DNA of 53,028 bases, taken from positions 1-53,028 of the forward strand of contig CBDDDG010000015.1 in assembly GCA_965226555.1 (NCBI GenBank), in the 5' to 3' direction. The notes below the pieces were generated by a model that was not told the origin of the DNA, ran no database searches, and worked only from the letters and a program-made list of their open reading frames with translations. The position numbers and the translations under genes are program-made. Numbering within the stretch: position 1 is the first letter of the stretch; each line of letters starts with the position of its first letter. Below are positions 10,160 to 18,699 of this stretch, piece after piece. This DNA is from Salinispira sp. Its GTDB lineage: Bacteria > Spirochaetota > Spirochaetia > DSM-27196 > Salinispiraceae.

Positions 10160-11027
10160 TCTTCTCTATTACGAATGCGTAAAAAACATTACCGCGAGCG
10201 ATGGTACCGCGCATGCGCCCACCGCGCGCCCCCCGGGCGCTCAGCCGCTTGTACTTGTGCACGGGCTCTTCGGTTCAGGAAGTAATCTCGGTTCCCTTGC
10301 GAGGCTTTTTATACACGAACGCCCGGTGTATCTTGTTGATCTGCCCAATCACGGACGTTCCCCATGGATCACTGATACCTCGTATCCAACTGCCGCTGCC
10401 TTTCTGCACCGCACATTGCAGCAGATCTCCAAAGAGAGCGGGGGAGAGGAATTACATGTTTTCGGGCACTCCATGGGGGGCAAGGTAGTCATGGCCCTCG
10501 GCTTATTGCAGAATCCATCGTCATCACCATCGCAAACACAGGAAACAGAAGGAGATTACCGGATTGCAAGCCTGATTATCGGCGATATTGCGCCGCGGCG
10601 CTATGATGCCGGGCACAATGTGTATTTTAATGTTATGAGTGAGATGCCTGCGGTTACAAGCAGAAAGGAAGCCGATGATTATATGGCGGGCAGTGTTGAA
10701 AACCCCGTACTGCGCAGCTTCCTTCTGAAAAATCTTGAGCGGCAGCATGATGGAACCTTCATCTGGAAACTCAACCTCAAAGGACTGTTGGAAGGATATA
10801 GCGCAATTCTCGGTTGGGACATAACTGAGGAACATACTTCGCACATTCCCATTCTCTTTCTCCGCGGAACTGAATCGGAGTACATTGTGCCTTCCCGCGA
10901 CCGGCAGTTAATCTGGTCTTATTTTTCCCACGCGCGTATTGAAAATGTCAGCAATTCCGGACACTGGATTCATACCGAGCAGCCGGCTCAGGTTTATGAA
11001 CTCATGAATGCCTTTATCTGTGGATGA
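10152..11027 (+). CDS. Alpha/beta hydrolase (YbfF/ABHD11-like esterase)
   Basis: HGLFGS, DLPNHGRSP, GHSMGG nucleophile elbow and GHWIH motifs. Confidence 0.9.
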   Translation: MNNLLYYECVKNITASDGTAHAPTARPPGAQPLVLVHGLFGSGSNLGSLARLFIHERPVYLVDLPNHGRSPWITDTSYPTAAAFLHRTLQQISKESGGEELHVFGHSMGGKVVMALGLLQNPSSSPSQTQETEGDYRIASLIIGDIAPRRYDAGHNVYFNVMSEMPAVTSRKEADDYMAGSVENPVLRSFLLKNLERQHDGTFIWKLNLKGLLEGYSAILGWDITEEHTSHIPILFLRGTESEYIVPSRDRQLIWSYFSHARIENVSNSGHWIHTEQPAQVYELMNAFICG

Positions 11028-13291
11028 ACACCTTGCTAAAGTCAACGACAATACGGATACAGAGCGGCAACAGACAAAATGAGGGAGGACTATCCCTTTA
11101 TCCGGGCAGCCCGCAGCCCCTCGGCGCTCATGTGAATGGCGATGGCGACGGCGACAGGGAGGGGGTGCAATTCTCCATTTTCTCACGGCATGCGCGGCAG
11201 GTTACTCTTCTGCTCTTTGCCGAAGCGCGCGATTCCCGCCCCCGATATGAAATTGTTCTGTCGCCTGAGCATAACAAAACGGGAGACTACTGGCACATCA
11301 CAATAGAAAATCTCCATGAGGGGCAGCATTATCTCTACCGAATGGACGGGCCGGATACTCCCGGGTTTTATTTTGATGCGCAGGCAATGCTCATCGATCC
11401 CTATGCCCGCGCCCTGAGCGCTTCCGCCGCTTCCGGCGACTCCGCCGACCCCCAGTGCCTGCCGCCGAAATGCCGGGTATGTTCTGATCATTTTGACTGG
11501 CAGGGAGACCGCGCTCTCAATTACCGCCTGCAGGATACAATAATTTATGAGACACATGTGAAGGGGCTCACCTGTCACCCGAGCTCTGCCCGTTATGGGG
11601 TAAAACATCCGGGAACCTTCCGAGGGGTCATCGAAATGATCCCTTATCTGAAAGATTTGGGAATGAGCAGTTTGGAACTCCTGCCGGTACAGGAATTTAA
11701 TGAGTACGAGTATGCGTATCGGAAAAATCCGCTCACCGGCGAGGCGCTCACAAACTACTGGGGCTACTCAACGCTGGCGTTTTTTGCCCCCAAGGCAGCC
11801 TACAGTAGTTCACCGGATCAGGTCGGGGAGTTCCGTGAAATGGTTCGGGAGCTGCACCGCGCGGGAATTGAACTTATTCTGGATATTGCCTTTAATCATA
11901 GCGGAGAGGGGGATCATCAGGGGCCGACTCTGAGCTTCCGCGGTATTGATAACCCGGTATATTATATGCTGGAAGATGACCCCCGTTTTTATCGTAACTA
12001 CAGCGGTTGCGGAAACACGCTGAACTGTAACCATAGTGTTCTGCGGCGGTTTATTCTCGATGTTCTGCGCTACTGGGTACAGCAGATGCATGTGGACGGT
12101 TTTCGTTTTGATCTTGCTGCTGTACTGGGCAGGGATGAGCAGGGCGAATTTACCGATAAAGCGGTACTTCTCAGAGAAATAGCTGAGGATCCGATCCTTC
12201 AAAACAGTAAAATTATCGCAGAACCCTGGGATGCCGGCGGCGCCTATCGGCTTGGCAGGTTTCCTCAGCGCTGGTCAGAATGGAATGACCGCTACCGTGA
12301 TGATGTGAAGATGTTCTGGCGAGGAAACACAAACCATTCCTCGGCCTTCGCGACCCGCTTGTTCGGCAGCGCGGATATATTCACCGCACGCGGAAAAACG
12401 CCTGTTCATAGCATCAATTATATTACTTCCCATGATGGTTTCACCCTCAATGATCTCGTGAGCTACAACAGGAGACATAATGAGGCAAACGGCGAAGAAA
12501 ATCGCGATGGCCATAATAATGAACTCAGTTATAACTGCGGACATGAGGGATCAAGCGAAAACAGGAGCATTGAGATGCTGCGCAGCCGCATGGTGAAGAA
12601 TTTTCTGGCAACCCTTCTGCTTTCCTGCGGAACGCCGATGATTCTGGGAGGCGATGAGATGCGCAGAAGTCAAGAGGGAAATAACAATGCCTACTGTCAG
12701 GATAATATAATTTCATGGTATAATTATGATCTTCTTGATCAGCATGCAGATATTCATCGTTTCCTGCGTCATATGATTACCTTCCGCAAGAACATATATG
12801 CGTCCTTTTATGACCGTATTTTTGAGTATGATGATAAAAAATCTGATAATTCCCTGAACATTACATGGTACGATGAACATGCTCATCCCGCTTCATGGAA
12901 TGGAGGAGAAAATCTTCTTGTTCTCAAAATGACGATGCGGGAACGTGCCCCTGATGAAGCGCCGCCCGCAAAGCATGAAGCTCCGTCCGCAAAGCATGAA
13001 GCGCCGCCCGCAAAGCATATGGAAAAACAGCTGCTCATACTCTTCAATGCGTCTGCGAAGGAAAAAAATTTCATACTTCCGGAAACCGACAATGTTTCCG
13101 GTGAATGCTGGTATCGGGTAGCAGATACTTCCTTACCGAGCCCCCGCGATATCTTCGCTCCGAGCAATATTTTCGCTGCTAGCAATATCTTCACGCCGGG
13201 CGCAGAGAACACCGCAGAGAACATAACAGACAGTCACTATCAATTGAAAGAACGGTCACTGGCAATTTTCATGAAAGCGCGCTCCTGCTGA
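11024..13291 (+). CDS. glgX: Glycogen debranching enzyme (GH13 isoamylase)
   Basis: IYETHVKG, NYWGYST, VDGFRFDLA, IAEPWD, SHDGFTLNDLVSYN and GNNNAYCQDN motifs. Confidence 0.96.
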   Translation: MNTLLKSTTIRIQSGNRQNEGGLSLYPGSPQPLGAHVNGDGDGDREGVQFSIFSRHARQVTLLLFAEARDSRPRYEIVLSPEHNKTGDYWHITIENLHEGQHYLYRMDGPDTPGFYFDAQAMLIDPYARALSASAASGDSADPQCLPPKCRVCSDHFDWQGDRALNYRLQDTIIYETHVKGLTCHPSSARYGVKHPGTFRGVIEMIPYLKDLGMSSLELLPVQEFNEYEYAYRKNPLTGEALTNYWGYSTLAFFAPKAAYSSSPDQVGEFREMVRELHRAGIELILDIAFNHSGEGDHQGPTLSFRGIDNPVYYMLEDDPRFYRNYSGCGNTLNCNHSVLRRFILDVLRYWVQQMHVDGFRFDLAAVLGRDEQGEFTDKAVLLREIAEDPILQNSKIIAEPWDAGGAYRLGRFPQRWSEWNDRYRDDVKMFWRGNTNHSSAFATRLFGSADIFTARGKTPVHSINYITSHDGFTLNDLVSYNRRHNEANGEENRDGHNNELSYNCGHEGSSENRSIEMLRSRMVKNFLATLLLSCGTPMILGGDEMRRSQEGNNNAYCQDNIISWYNYDLLDQHADIHRFLRHMITFRKNIYASFYDRIFEYDDKKSDNSLNITWYDEHAHPASWNGGENLLVLKMTMRERAPDEAPPAKHEAPSAKHEAPPAKHMEKQLLILFNASAKEKNFILPETDNVSGECWYRVADTSLPSPRDIFAPSNIFAASNIFTPGAENTAENITDSHYQLKERSLAIFMKARSC
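12954..13018 (+). repeat. In-frame 21-bp tandem repeat x3 in glgX (EAPPAKH)
   Basis: atgaagcgccgcccgcaaagc / atgaagctccgtccgcaaagc / atgaagcgccgcccgcaaagc. Confidence 0.9.
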
Positions 13292-13319
13292 AAACTGGCA
13301 ATTTTCATGAAAGCGCGCT
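13258..13319 (+). repeat. 26-bp perfect direct repeat at the convergent glgX/SDR junction
   Basis: ACTGGCAATTTTCATGAAAGCGCGCT at 13258-13283 and 13294-13319. Confidence 0.9.
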
Positions 13320-14115
13320 ACTGCAGCTGATGAAGGTGGTAGTATTGGCCGTTTTCAAAATTTTCGCAACTGAGTCCGGCTATAATTTTGCCAATTTCAT
13401 TTTTATCTCGTACCGTTCCGTCTTTTGCAGCCTCACGGAAGTATTCGGCATTCGGGAATGTTTTACTTTCTCTGAGAGTTTTTTGCATGAATGTTTCTAC
13501 CATGCCCGGAGAAAGCGACAGGATTTTCACATTCTGCTTTTTTTGCTCGCTTACCAGTATTCTGCTCAGCATATTAAGCGCGGTTTTACTCATGGAGTAT
13601 ATTCCCGCGCCATCCATGGCTCCCTGTGAAGCGCCGGAACTGATATTAATAATGAGATTTCGCTGGGCGGCGCAGATTTTGAGAAAGCAGCCGGAAAGAA
13701 GGGCGGGAGCAACACAGTTCAGCGCGAAGGTACGTTCCGCATCTTCATAAAACTGTTGCGGTTTTCTAATGTTGGGTAACATTTCAATGGGTCCAATGAC
13801 AGCAGCATTGTTTATGAGTATGCTCTGTTCTGCGCCGCCGACTGTATTGTTGTCGTCTGCGCCGCCGCGGGCAATTTCATGGTAACGCTTCGAAAGCTCG
13901 GTTGTAATTTGTTCAATTTCTCCGGCCTCAGAAAGATCGCCAGTGATGCAGTGCATTGATGCTGTCTTATGACGAACCAGATCAGCAAGTTTCCGGTTTT
14001 CGCTGCGGGCAATGCCAATTACCGCAAGGTCTTTTCCGTGAACATCACTGTAGGCTCGAAGAATGCCCTCGCCAAGGCCTCGGGTCCATCCGGTAAGAAT
14101 AAGTATGGTTTTCAT
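13318..14115 (-). CDS. SDR family oxidoreductase (benzil/sepiapterin reductase-like)
   Basis: TGxxxGxG (TGWTRGLG), LINNAA, NISSG, YxxxK (YSMSK) and PGMVET motifs. Confidence 0.9.
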   Translation of the reverse strand: MKTILILTGWTRGLGEGILRAYSDVHGKDLAVIGIARSENRKLADLVRHKTASMHCITGDLSEAGEIEQITTELSKRYHEIARGGADDNNTVGGAEQSILINNAAVIGPIEMLPNIRKPQQFYEDAERTFALNCVAPALLSGCFLKICAAQRNLIINISSGASQGAMDGAGIYSMSKTALNMLSRILVSEQKKQNVKILSLSPGMVETFMQKTLRESKTFPNAEYFREAAKDGTVRDKNEIGKIIAGLSCENFENGQYYHLHQLQ

Positions 14116-14279
14116 ATTCCGGAGAATATCCTATGTATGCTGCATCTGTCTATATGGTTATATTCCGCGATGCAGTGTGCATGGAACAGTTCTGTCGAGT
14201 CCTCGCACCGTCTCACACGATCTACCAGCAAGCGATGGAGGGCTTGAAACTCAGAGAAAATGATCGCATATAGTACAAA

Positions 14280-14792
14280 TTGGGGGTCGGATCAAAGGTT
14301 TATATCCCAACAATGGGGGCTGCCGTATCTGCTGATCCCTTTGCGCCGTTCACCAAATTAAATAATGGCAACTCCCTGCAAGACGGTGGACATGAGGTAC
14401 TTATTTGGAAGTACTATGGCAGAGTATTATCGTTAACATCTAATATGGGGAAGGTGCCAAACTCAGTGACTGTTTCTGGTGGATATGATGATCCATTTAA
14501 AGCAGTGTTATCAGGGCTTACTAACCTGCCTGCCGCTCCAGGACTTTACAGACCAGAAATAGCTATACCTACGATAACGGGTACCAATAATGTGGGGGGT
14601 GTCAATGACCCCAATAAATGGGGTATTAGCATGAATTCAGGTAATCAAGGTTTAGATATTTTCTTAAAAAGATTTGAGATGGAAATGACGATATCGACTA
14701 TTCCGAGTCGGGTACCACCAACGATACCGAACCCATCGAACCCATCGGTAGCATTGAAACCAATCGCAATACTTGAATACATACTGTATTAG
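14280..14792 (+). CDS. Hypothetical protein, possibly a 5'-truncated fragment
   Basis: 170-codon G/P/N/T-rich ORF with a TTG start, no clear RBS and an in-frame TAG just upstream (14271). No recognisable family. Confidence 0.45.
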   Translation: MGVGSKVYIPTMGAAVSADPFAPFTKLNNGNSLQDGGHEVLIWKYYGRVLSLTSNMGKVPNSVTVSGGYDDPFKAVLSGLTNLPAAPGLYRPEIAIPTITGTNNVGGVNDPNKWGISMNSGNQGLDIFLKRFEMEMTISTIPSRVPPTIPNPSNPSVALKPIAILEYILY

Positions 14793-14806
14793 TTAGTTAT
14801 GTGTAG

Positions 14807-14857
14807 AGGTGCGCGCTCCAGTCAACGCAAAGGTGCGGTGACTGGAGCGTGGTACCT
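14807..14857. other. Long GC-rich hairpin
   Basis: CGCTCCAGTCA (14814-24) pairs with TGACTGGAGCG (14839-49); inner CGCA/TGCG and outer AGGT/ACCT extend the stem. No U-tract. Confidence 0.55.
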
Positions 14858-14861
14858 TCCA

Positions 14862-14921
14862 TTTTACTCATGGAGTATATCCCCGCGCCATCCAAGGACT
14901 CAGGCCCATCCGGTAAGAATA
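14862..14921 (-). pseudogene. Internally deleted remnant of a second copy of the neighbouring SDR gene
   Basis: 14862-14894 matches 13584-13616 (32/33 nt) and 14892-14921 matches 14072-14101 (27/30 nt); the two pieces join at a shared CCA. Confidence 0.8.
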
Positions 14922-14983
14922 GATACTACAAATTACTACGATTCAACTGAATTACGGGGGGTGTTCCGTCTTTCGCTGCCGTG

Positions 14984-15023
14984 TGGAAATTGTGCAAGCA
15001 CAATTTTCCAATGCAAAAGTTTC
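14984..15023 (+). repeat. Dispersed palindromic element, copy 3 (left end missing)
   Basis: TGGAAATTGTGCAAGCACAATTTTCCAATGCAAAAGTTTC. Confidence 0.88.
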
Positions 15024-15237
15024 TGAAAGAAACAATCGGAAAACACCGGAAAACGGGGTCGCAAAACAAAAATCTATTAAAAATGGGCAGAATGGCAAAA
15101 AGTGTTTGACATACACGTATTTTTTGATGATACTAGAGTACAGTGGAGCTTAAAAAAACGCTATTTCCGCGATGCAGTGTGAAATACCCGCGTTTCCAGA
15201 GCTTCCCTATCAAACTGTTATCGTGAGGAGTTACATC

Positions 15238-16830
15238 ATGAATGTCAAATTATACATGGGAGCCCGTTTTCTATTCTGCGCAATGTGCATAACATTAATT
15301 GCTGCATGTCCCATGCCGGAACCGACCCCTGAACCCGAGCCAACCGTGCCGGGCACAATGGCTGCGCCAACCCTTAAAGCGGGGAATGAGCAACTCATTG
15401 CTACATGGACTGCGCCGAACAACGGCGGCAGCGAAATTACCGCGTATGAGCTGCAATATCGCACAGGCAGCGGAGCATGGACGGAAATTACCGAAGGCAT
15501 TACCGGCACAAACACAAGCCACACCATTACCGGACTGACAAAGGCCTCCGAGTACGACGTACAGGTGCGCGCCGTCAATGAAATCGGCGCTGGCGACTGG
15601 TCGGAATCTGCCGCTGAAACTCCCCCTGCTACTGTTCCTGACGCGCCGGCTGCCCCAACCCTTTATGCGGGCACTGGGCGGCTTGTTGCTCTATGGACTG
15701 CCCCGGAAGATGACGGCGGCAGCCCCATTACCGGGTACGAATTGCAATATCGCACAGGCGGCGGAGCATGGACGGAAATTGCTCCGGCACCGGGCAAACA
15801 CGACCACACCATTGACGGCCTGACAAACGACGCCGAGTACGAAGTACAGGCGCGCGCCGTCAATGAAGTCGGCGATAGCGGCTGGTCTATGCTCGCAATG
15901 AAAACCCCAACAGATTCTGCGATACGGACTTCTGCGGGTATGGCAGCGGATGTAAACCTTTCGGCTGCCCTTAATGAAATTATTGCCAGTGAGAAACCAG
16001 CCGTTTATGTGACGACGGGCACTCACACGGTTAAAGAAGGAGACATTGAGCCAACCTCCGTAGCTACGCCCCCAGGGATCACCCCGCCGACTTATGATCC
16101 GCTTACCGGTACTACGATTACGGTTACCACAGGTACAACAGCAGGAACATATCTGGTATACGGCATTAAACCGGAAACCGGAGACATACTCTTTGCCGAA
16201 TATCTCTATGTTACCGTGAGTCCTGATGATGCTGTTGCTGCTGGTGGCGATGCCGATGATGATGGCGGTAATGGTGAACTGAAAACAGCGGTAACTACGG
16301 GGATATCAACATGGGGCAATACTGCCGATCTCAACTACATTATTACCACGGCAGTAACGAATATGTCTGAAATGTTCAATTCCAACACCACATTTAATGG
16401 CGATATCTCACTCTGGGATACTGGCGCGGTAACGAATATGGGCGGTATGTTCGCTAGCGCAATTGTATTCAATGGCGATATCTCACTCTGGGATACTGGC
16501 GCGGTAACGAATATGAACAGTATGTTCATTATCGCAAGCGCATTCAATGGCGATATCTCGGGCTGGGATGTCAGTGAGGTAACGGATATGTTCACTATGT
16601 TCAATTTGGCAAGCGCATTTAATGGCGATATCTCCGACTGGGATGTCAGTAAGGTAACGGATATGTTCGGTATGTTCTATCAAGCAAGCGCATTCAATCA
16701 GGATCTTGAGGAGTGGAAGGATCATTGGTCGCTTGCTGCCGGGACGCTCAATTCCGCTGGCAAATATACCGGAACCACAACAAATATGTTTCTGGATTCC
16801 GGCGTAACAACAACGCCGTCATGGTATTAG
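15238..16830 (+). CDS. Surface lipoprotein: 2 FN3 domains + BspA-type (DUF285) 25-aa repeats x5
   Basis: GAGGAG RBS before ATG 15238; lipobox LIAA-C(PMP); two FN3 units; repeats VT(N/D)M..MF....FNGDIS.WD; ends ...PSWY. Confidence 0.9.
   Translation: MNVKLYMGARFLFCAMCITLIAACPMPEPTPEPEPTVPGTMAAPTLKAGNEQLIATWTAPNNGGSEITAYELQYRTGSGAWTEITEGITGTNTSHTITGLTKASEYDVQVRAVNEIGAGDWSESAAETPPATVPDAPAAPTLYAGTGRLVALWTAPEDDGGSPITGYELQYRTGGGAWTEIAPAPGKHDHTIDGLTNDAEYEVQARAVNEVGDSGWSMLAMKTPTDSAIRTSAGMAADVNLSAALNEIIASEKPAVYVTTGTHTVKEGDIEPTSVATPPGITPPTYDPLTGTTITVTTGTTAGTYLVYGIKPETGDILFAEYLYVTVSPDDAVAAGGDADDDGGNGELKTAVTTGISTWGNTADLNYIITTAVTNMSEMFNSNTTFNGDISLWDTGAVTNMGGMFASAIVFNGDISLWDTGAVTNMNSMFIIASAFNGDISGWDVSEVTDMFTMFNLASAFNGDISDWDVSKVTDMFGMFYQASAFNQDLEEWKDHWSLAAGTLNSAGKYTGTTTNMFLDSGVTTTPSWY
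16351..16718 (+). repeat. 75-bp coding tandem repeats (DUF285/BspA) x5
   Basis: Recurring gtaac(g)(a/g)atatg...atgttc...tt(c/t)aatggcgatatctc...tgggat with 75-nt period. Confidence 0.9.
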
Positions 16831-16889
16831 TTTCATAGCCCGCAGGGGCCAGCCCTGCCCCCTACCTCAGGTGCAGAACAGGAGCGAAA

Positions 16890-17102
16890 CAAACTGTTTT
16901 TTATGATGAAAATGCTATTGTATTTGATGACCCCGAGCATTCTCATTCAGAAGACAGATTCATCATCGTTGGTTTTTGTACTCAGGGAAAACTACTTCTT
17001 GCATGTTTCTGTGAGAGAAGTGAGGATATCATCAGAATAATTTCTGCCAGAAAACTTTCAAAAACAGAGATTGCTCATTTTAATCAAAGGTGGCAAAAAT
17101 GA
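16890..17102 (+). pseudogene. 5'-truncated BrnT-family toxin
   Basis: Hand translation QTVFYDENAIVFDDPEHSHSEDRFIIVGFCTQGKLLLACFCERSEDIIRIISARKLSKTE is a BrnT signature. There is no start codon back to the in-frame TAG at 16836, and the FEWD..K...KHG N-terminus is absent. Confidence 0.85.
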
Positions 17103-17359
17103 AAAAGGAATATGATTTTTCAAAAATGATTGGCCGTAAAAACCCGTATGCTAAAAAACTCAAAAAACAAATCACTATACGAGTTGATGAAATGGTCATT
17201 GACTATTTCAAAAAATCGGCAGAAGAAAATAATATTTCCTACCAATCGCTTATGAGCCTCTATTTACGATCTTGCGCGATATCCAGAAAAAAATCCCTCA
17301 TAAAAAGAATAAAAAGGCACTATGGGAAACCATACAAATCAGAATTTCGACATCCGTAA
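17099..17359 (+). CDS. BrnA-family antitoxin (ribbon-helix-helix)
   Basis: MKKEYDFSKM..RKNPYAKKLKKQITIRVD...IDYFK......ISYQSLMSLYLR; ATGA overlap with the BrnT stop. Confidence 0.88.
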   Translation: MKKEYDFSKMIGRKNPYAKKLKKQITIRVDEMVIDYFKKSAEENNISYQSLMSLYLRSCAISRKKSLIKRIKRHYGKPYKSEFRHP

Positions 17360-17675
17360 CGCTGTCGGTCATAATGCGCCCAATGCAAAAGTTTTGTAAT
17401 ATCTCAAAATAATAAAAATAATTACAAAAATTTCTCATTTTGTCATATACCATTCATATTTTACCCGTCTATATGGTATGGAAAAAGATTATATCGGTAT
17501 GGCGCCACGCTGACCCACGCAGCTCAATTTTCGGGCTATTCGCTTACGCAGTCAGTCGGATATCGCCATAGACGCGCACCCCTTCCCGTCCACTAACCCG
17601 CATTTCAGCGCCCTCCCCTCCCGTAGCCCCAAAAAAAATCACACATTTTGCAAAACTTTCGTTCAGGAGGATTGT

Positions 17676-18262
17676 ATGATCGATTTCAAAGAAAAACCCG
17701 CCCCCGTTCCCTACGACCAAGGCTACCGCTCCCTGCTGTTCCAACCCGCAATAATGCTTCAGTTTCTTCAACGCTTTGTTGGAGGCGCATGGACAACGAC
17801 ATGCCCCTCCGCATGTCGGAGTATACGAACCTGCTCTACCGGAACATTCACCGCTCCGGCGCAATTCCCGATGACTGCGAGTTGATATTTCTGCCCATTG
17901 TGTTCTATAATGGCACGAGAAAATGGAAGGTGCCGGGGAATGTCAGAAAGCAACGGAAGCGGGAATTCCCGCAGTATCTTGCTCCTTTTCCCTACGATCT
18001 GATACGCGTGACCGATTATTCTGCGGAACAGTTGCAGCAGCGGGGAAGAATGTTTGCGGCTGTTATGTACCTTGATCTGTACTCGAAAAATCTGCTGAAT
18101 ACGGATTGGGACATTCGGAAGGTAGAGAAAGCGATAGCAGAAATGCTGAATGAAGAATCGCTGGAGCTGATAGAGGAATTTATCAGCGTGATAGATTCGA
18201 TGTTCGGAATTGTTATAGACTTCGATACGTTAATGAATCAATTAGAAAGAACCAAGAGGTAA
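17676..18262 (+). pseudogene. Rpn/YhgA-like PD-(D/E)XK nuclease, internally deleted and frameshifted
   Basis: AGGAGG RBS and ATG 17676 give YDQGYRSLL...LQFLQRFV...W. At ~17790 the frame changes directly to D.DMPLRM..Y..LLY...LPIVFYNG..KW. The intervening catalytic D/ExQ region is missing. Confidence 0.8.
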
Positions 18263-18275
18263 GGAGGTAGCGAAA

Positions 18276-18500
18276 ATGTTCAGAATGAATGCGGAAACAT
18301 TCAAAGCGCACATTGCAGAAATGGGTCGGCAGGAAGGATTGCAGACAGGTCGGCAGGAAGGACTGCGAACAGGTCGTGAAGAAGGCATTCGAGAAACGGC
18401 CCGCAGTATGTTTTCCAAAGGATTTTCAGCCCATGACATTCAGGATGTTACCGGGCTGAGCGATGAGGAAATGCGGACATTGCGGAACGGATCGCATTAA
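18276..18500 (+). CDS. Small Rpn C-terminal (RpnS-like) protein
   Basis: Strong AAGGAGGT RBS. GRQEG..TGRQEG..TGREEG..ETARSM..KG.....I..VTGLS.EE is the typical Rpn C-terminal tail. Confidence 0.7.
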   Translation: MFRMNAETFKAHIAEMGRQEGLQTGRQEGLRTGREEGIRETARSMFSKGFSAHDIQDVTGLSDEEMRTLRNGSH

Positions 18501-18529
18501 GTTGGAACCGCTCGGCCTGCGCTCAGAGC

Positions 18530-18690
18530 GGATAATATCAACATTCAGATCAACCTCACAGAGCATTCGAGATAAACTGGAAATGTTACATATTACCCAG
18601 TCGATGTCGAGAAGGAGGCGCGGAAGATGGTTTTTGAATACATCAACCGGTATAATCGAGAGATGCTTCATTCATCTGGCTTGAAGGCAG
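18530..18690 (+). mobile_element. Highly degraded IS3-family transposase (integrase core) relic
   Basis: Three IS3 OrfB motifs in colinear order but different frames: HSDQ (18542-53), LEMLHITQSMSR, then EARKMVFEYINRYNREMLHSS. The GNC.DNA..E segment is deleted. Confidence 0.7.
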
Positions 18691-18699
18691 GCAATTACT

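Noticed and set aside
14271..14273. Programmed TAG readthrough (pyrrolysine-type recoding)
   Set aside because: No pyl genes or recoding context are visible, and TAG is used as a normal stop elsewhere in the window; pseudogenisation is simpler.
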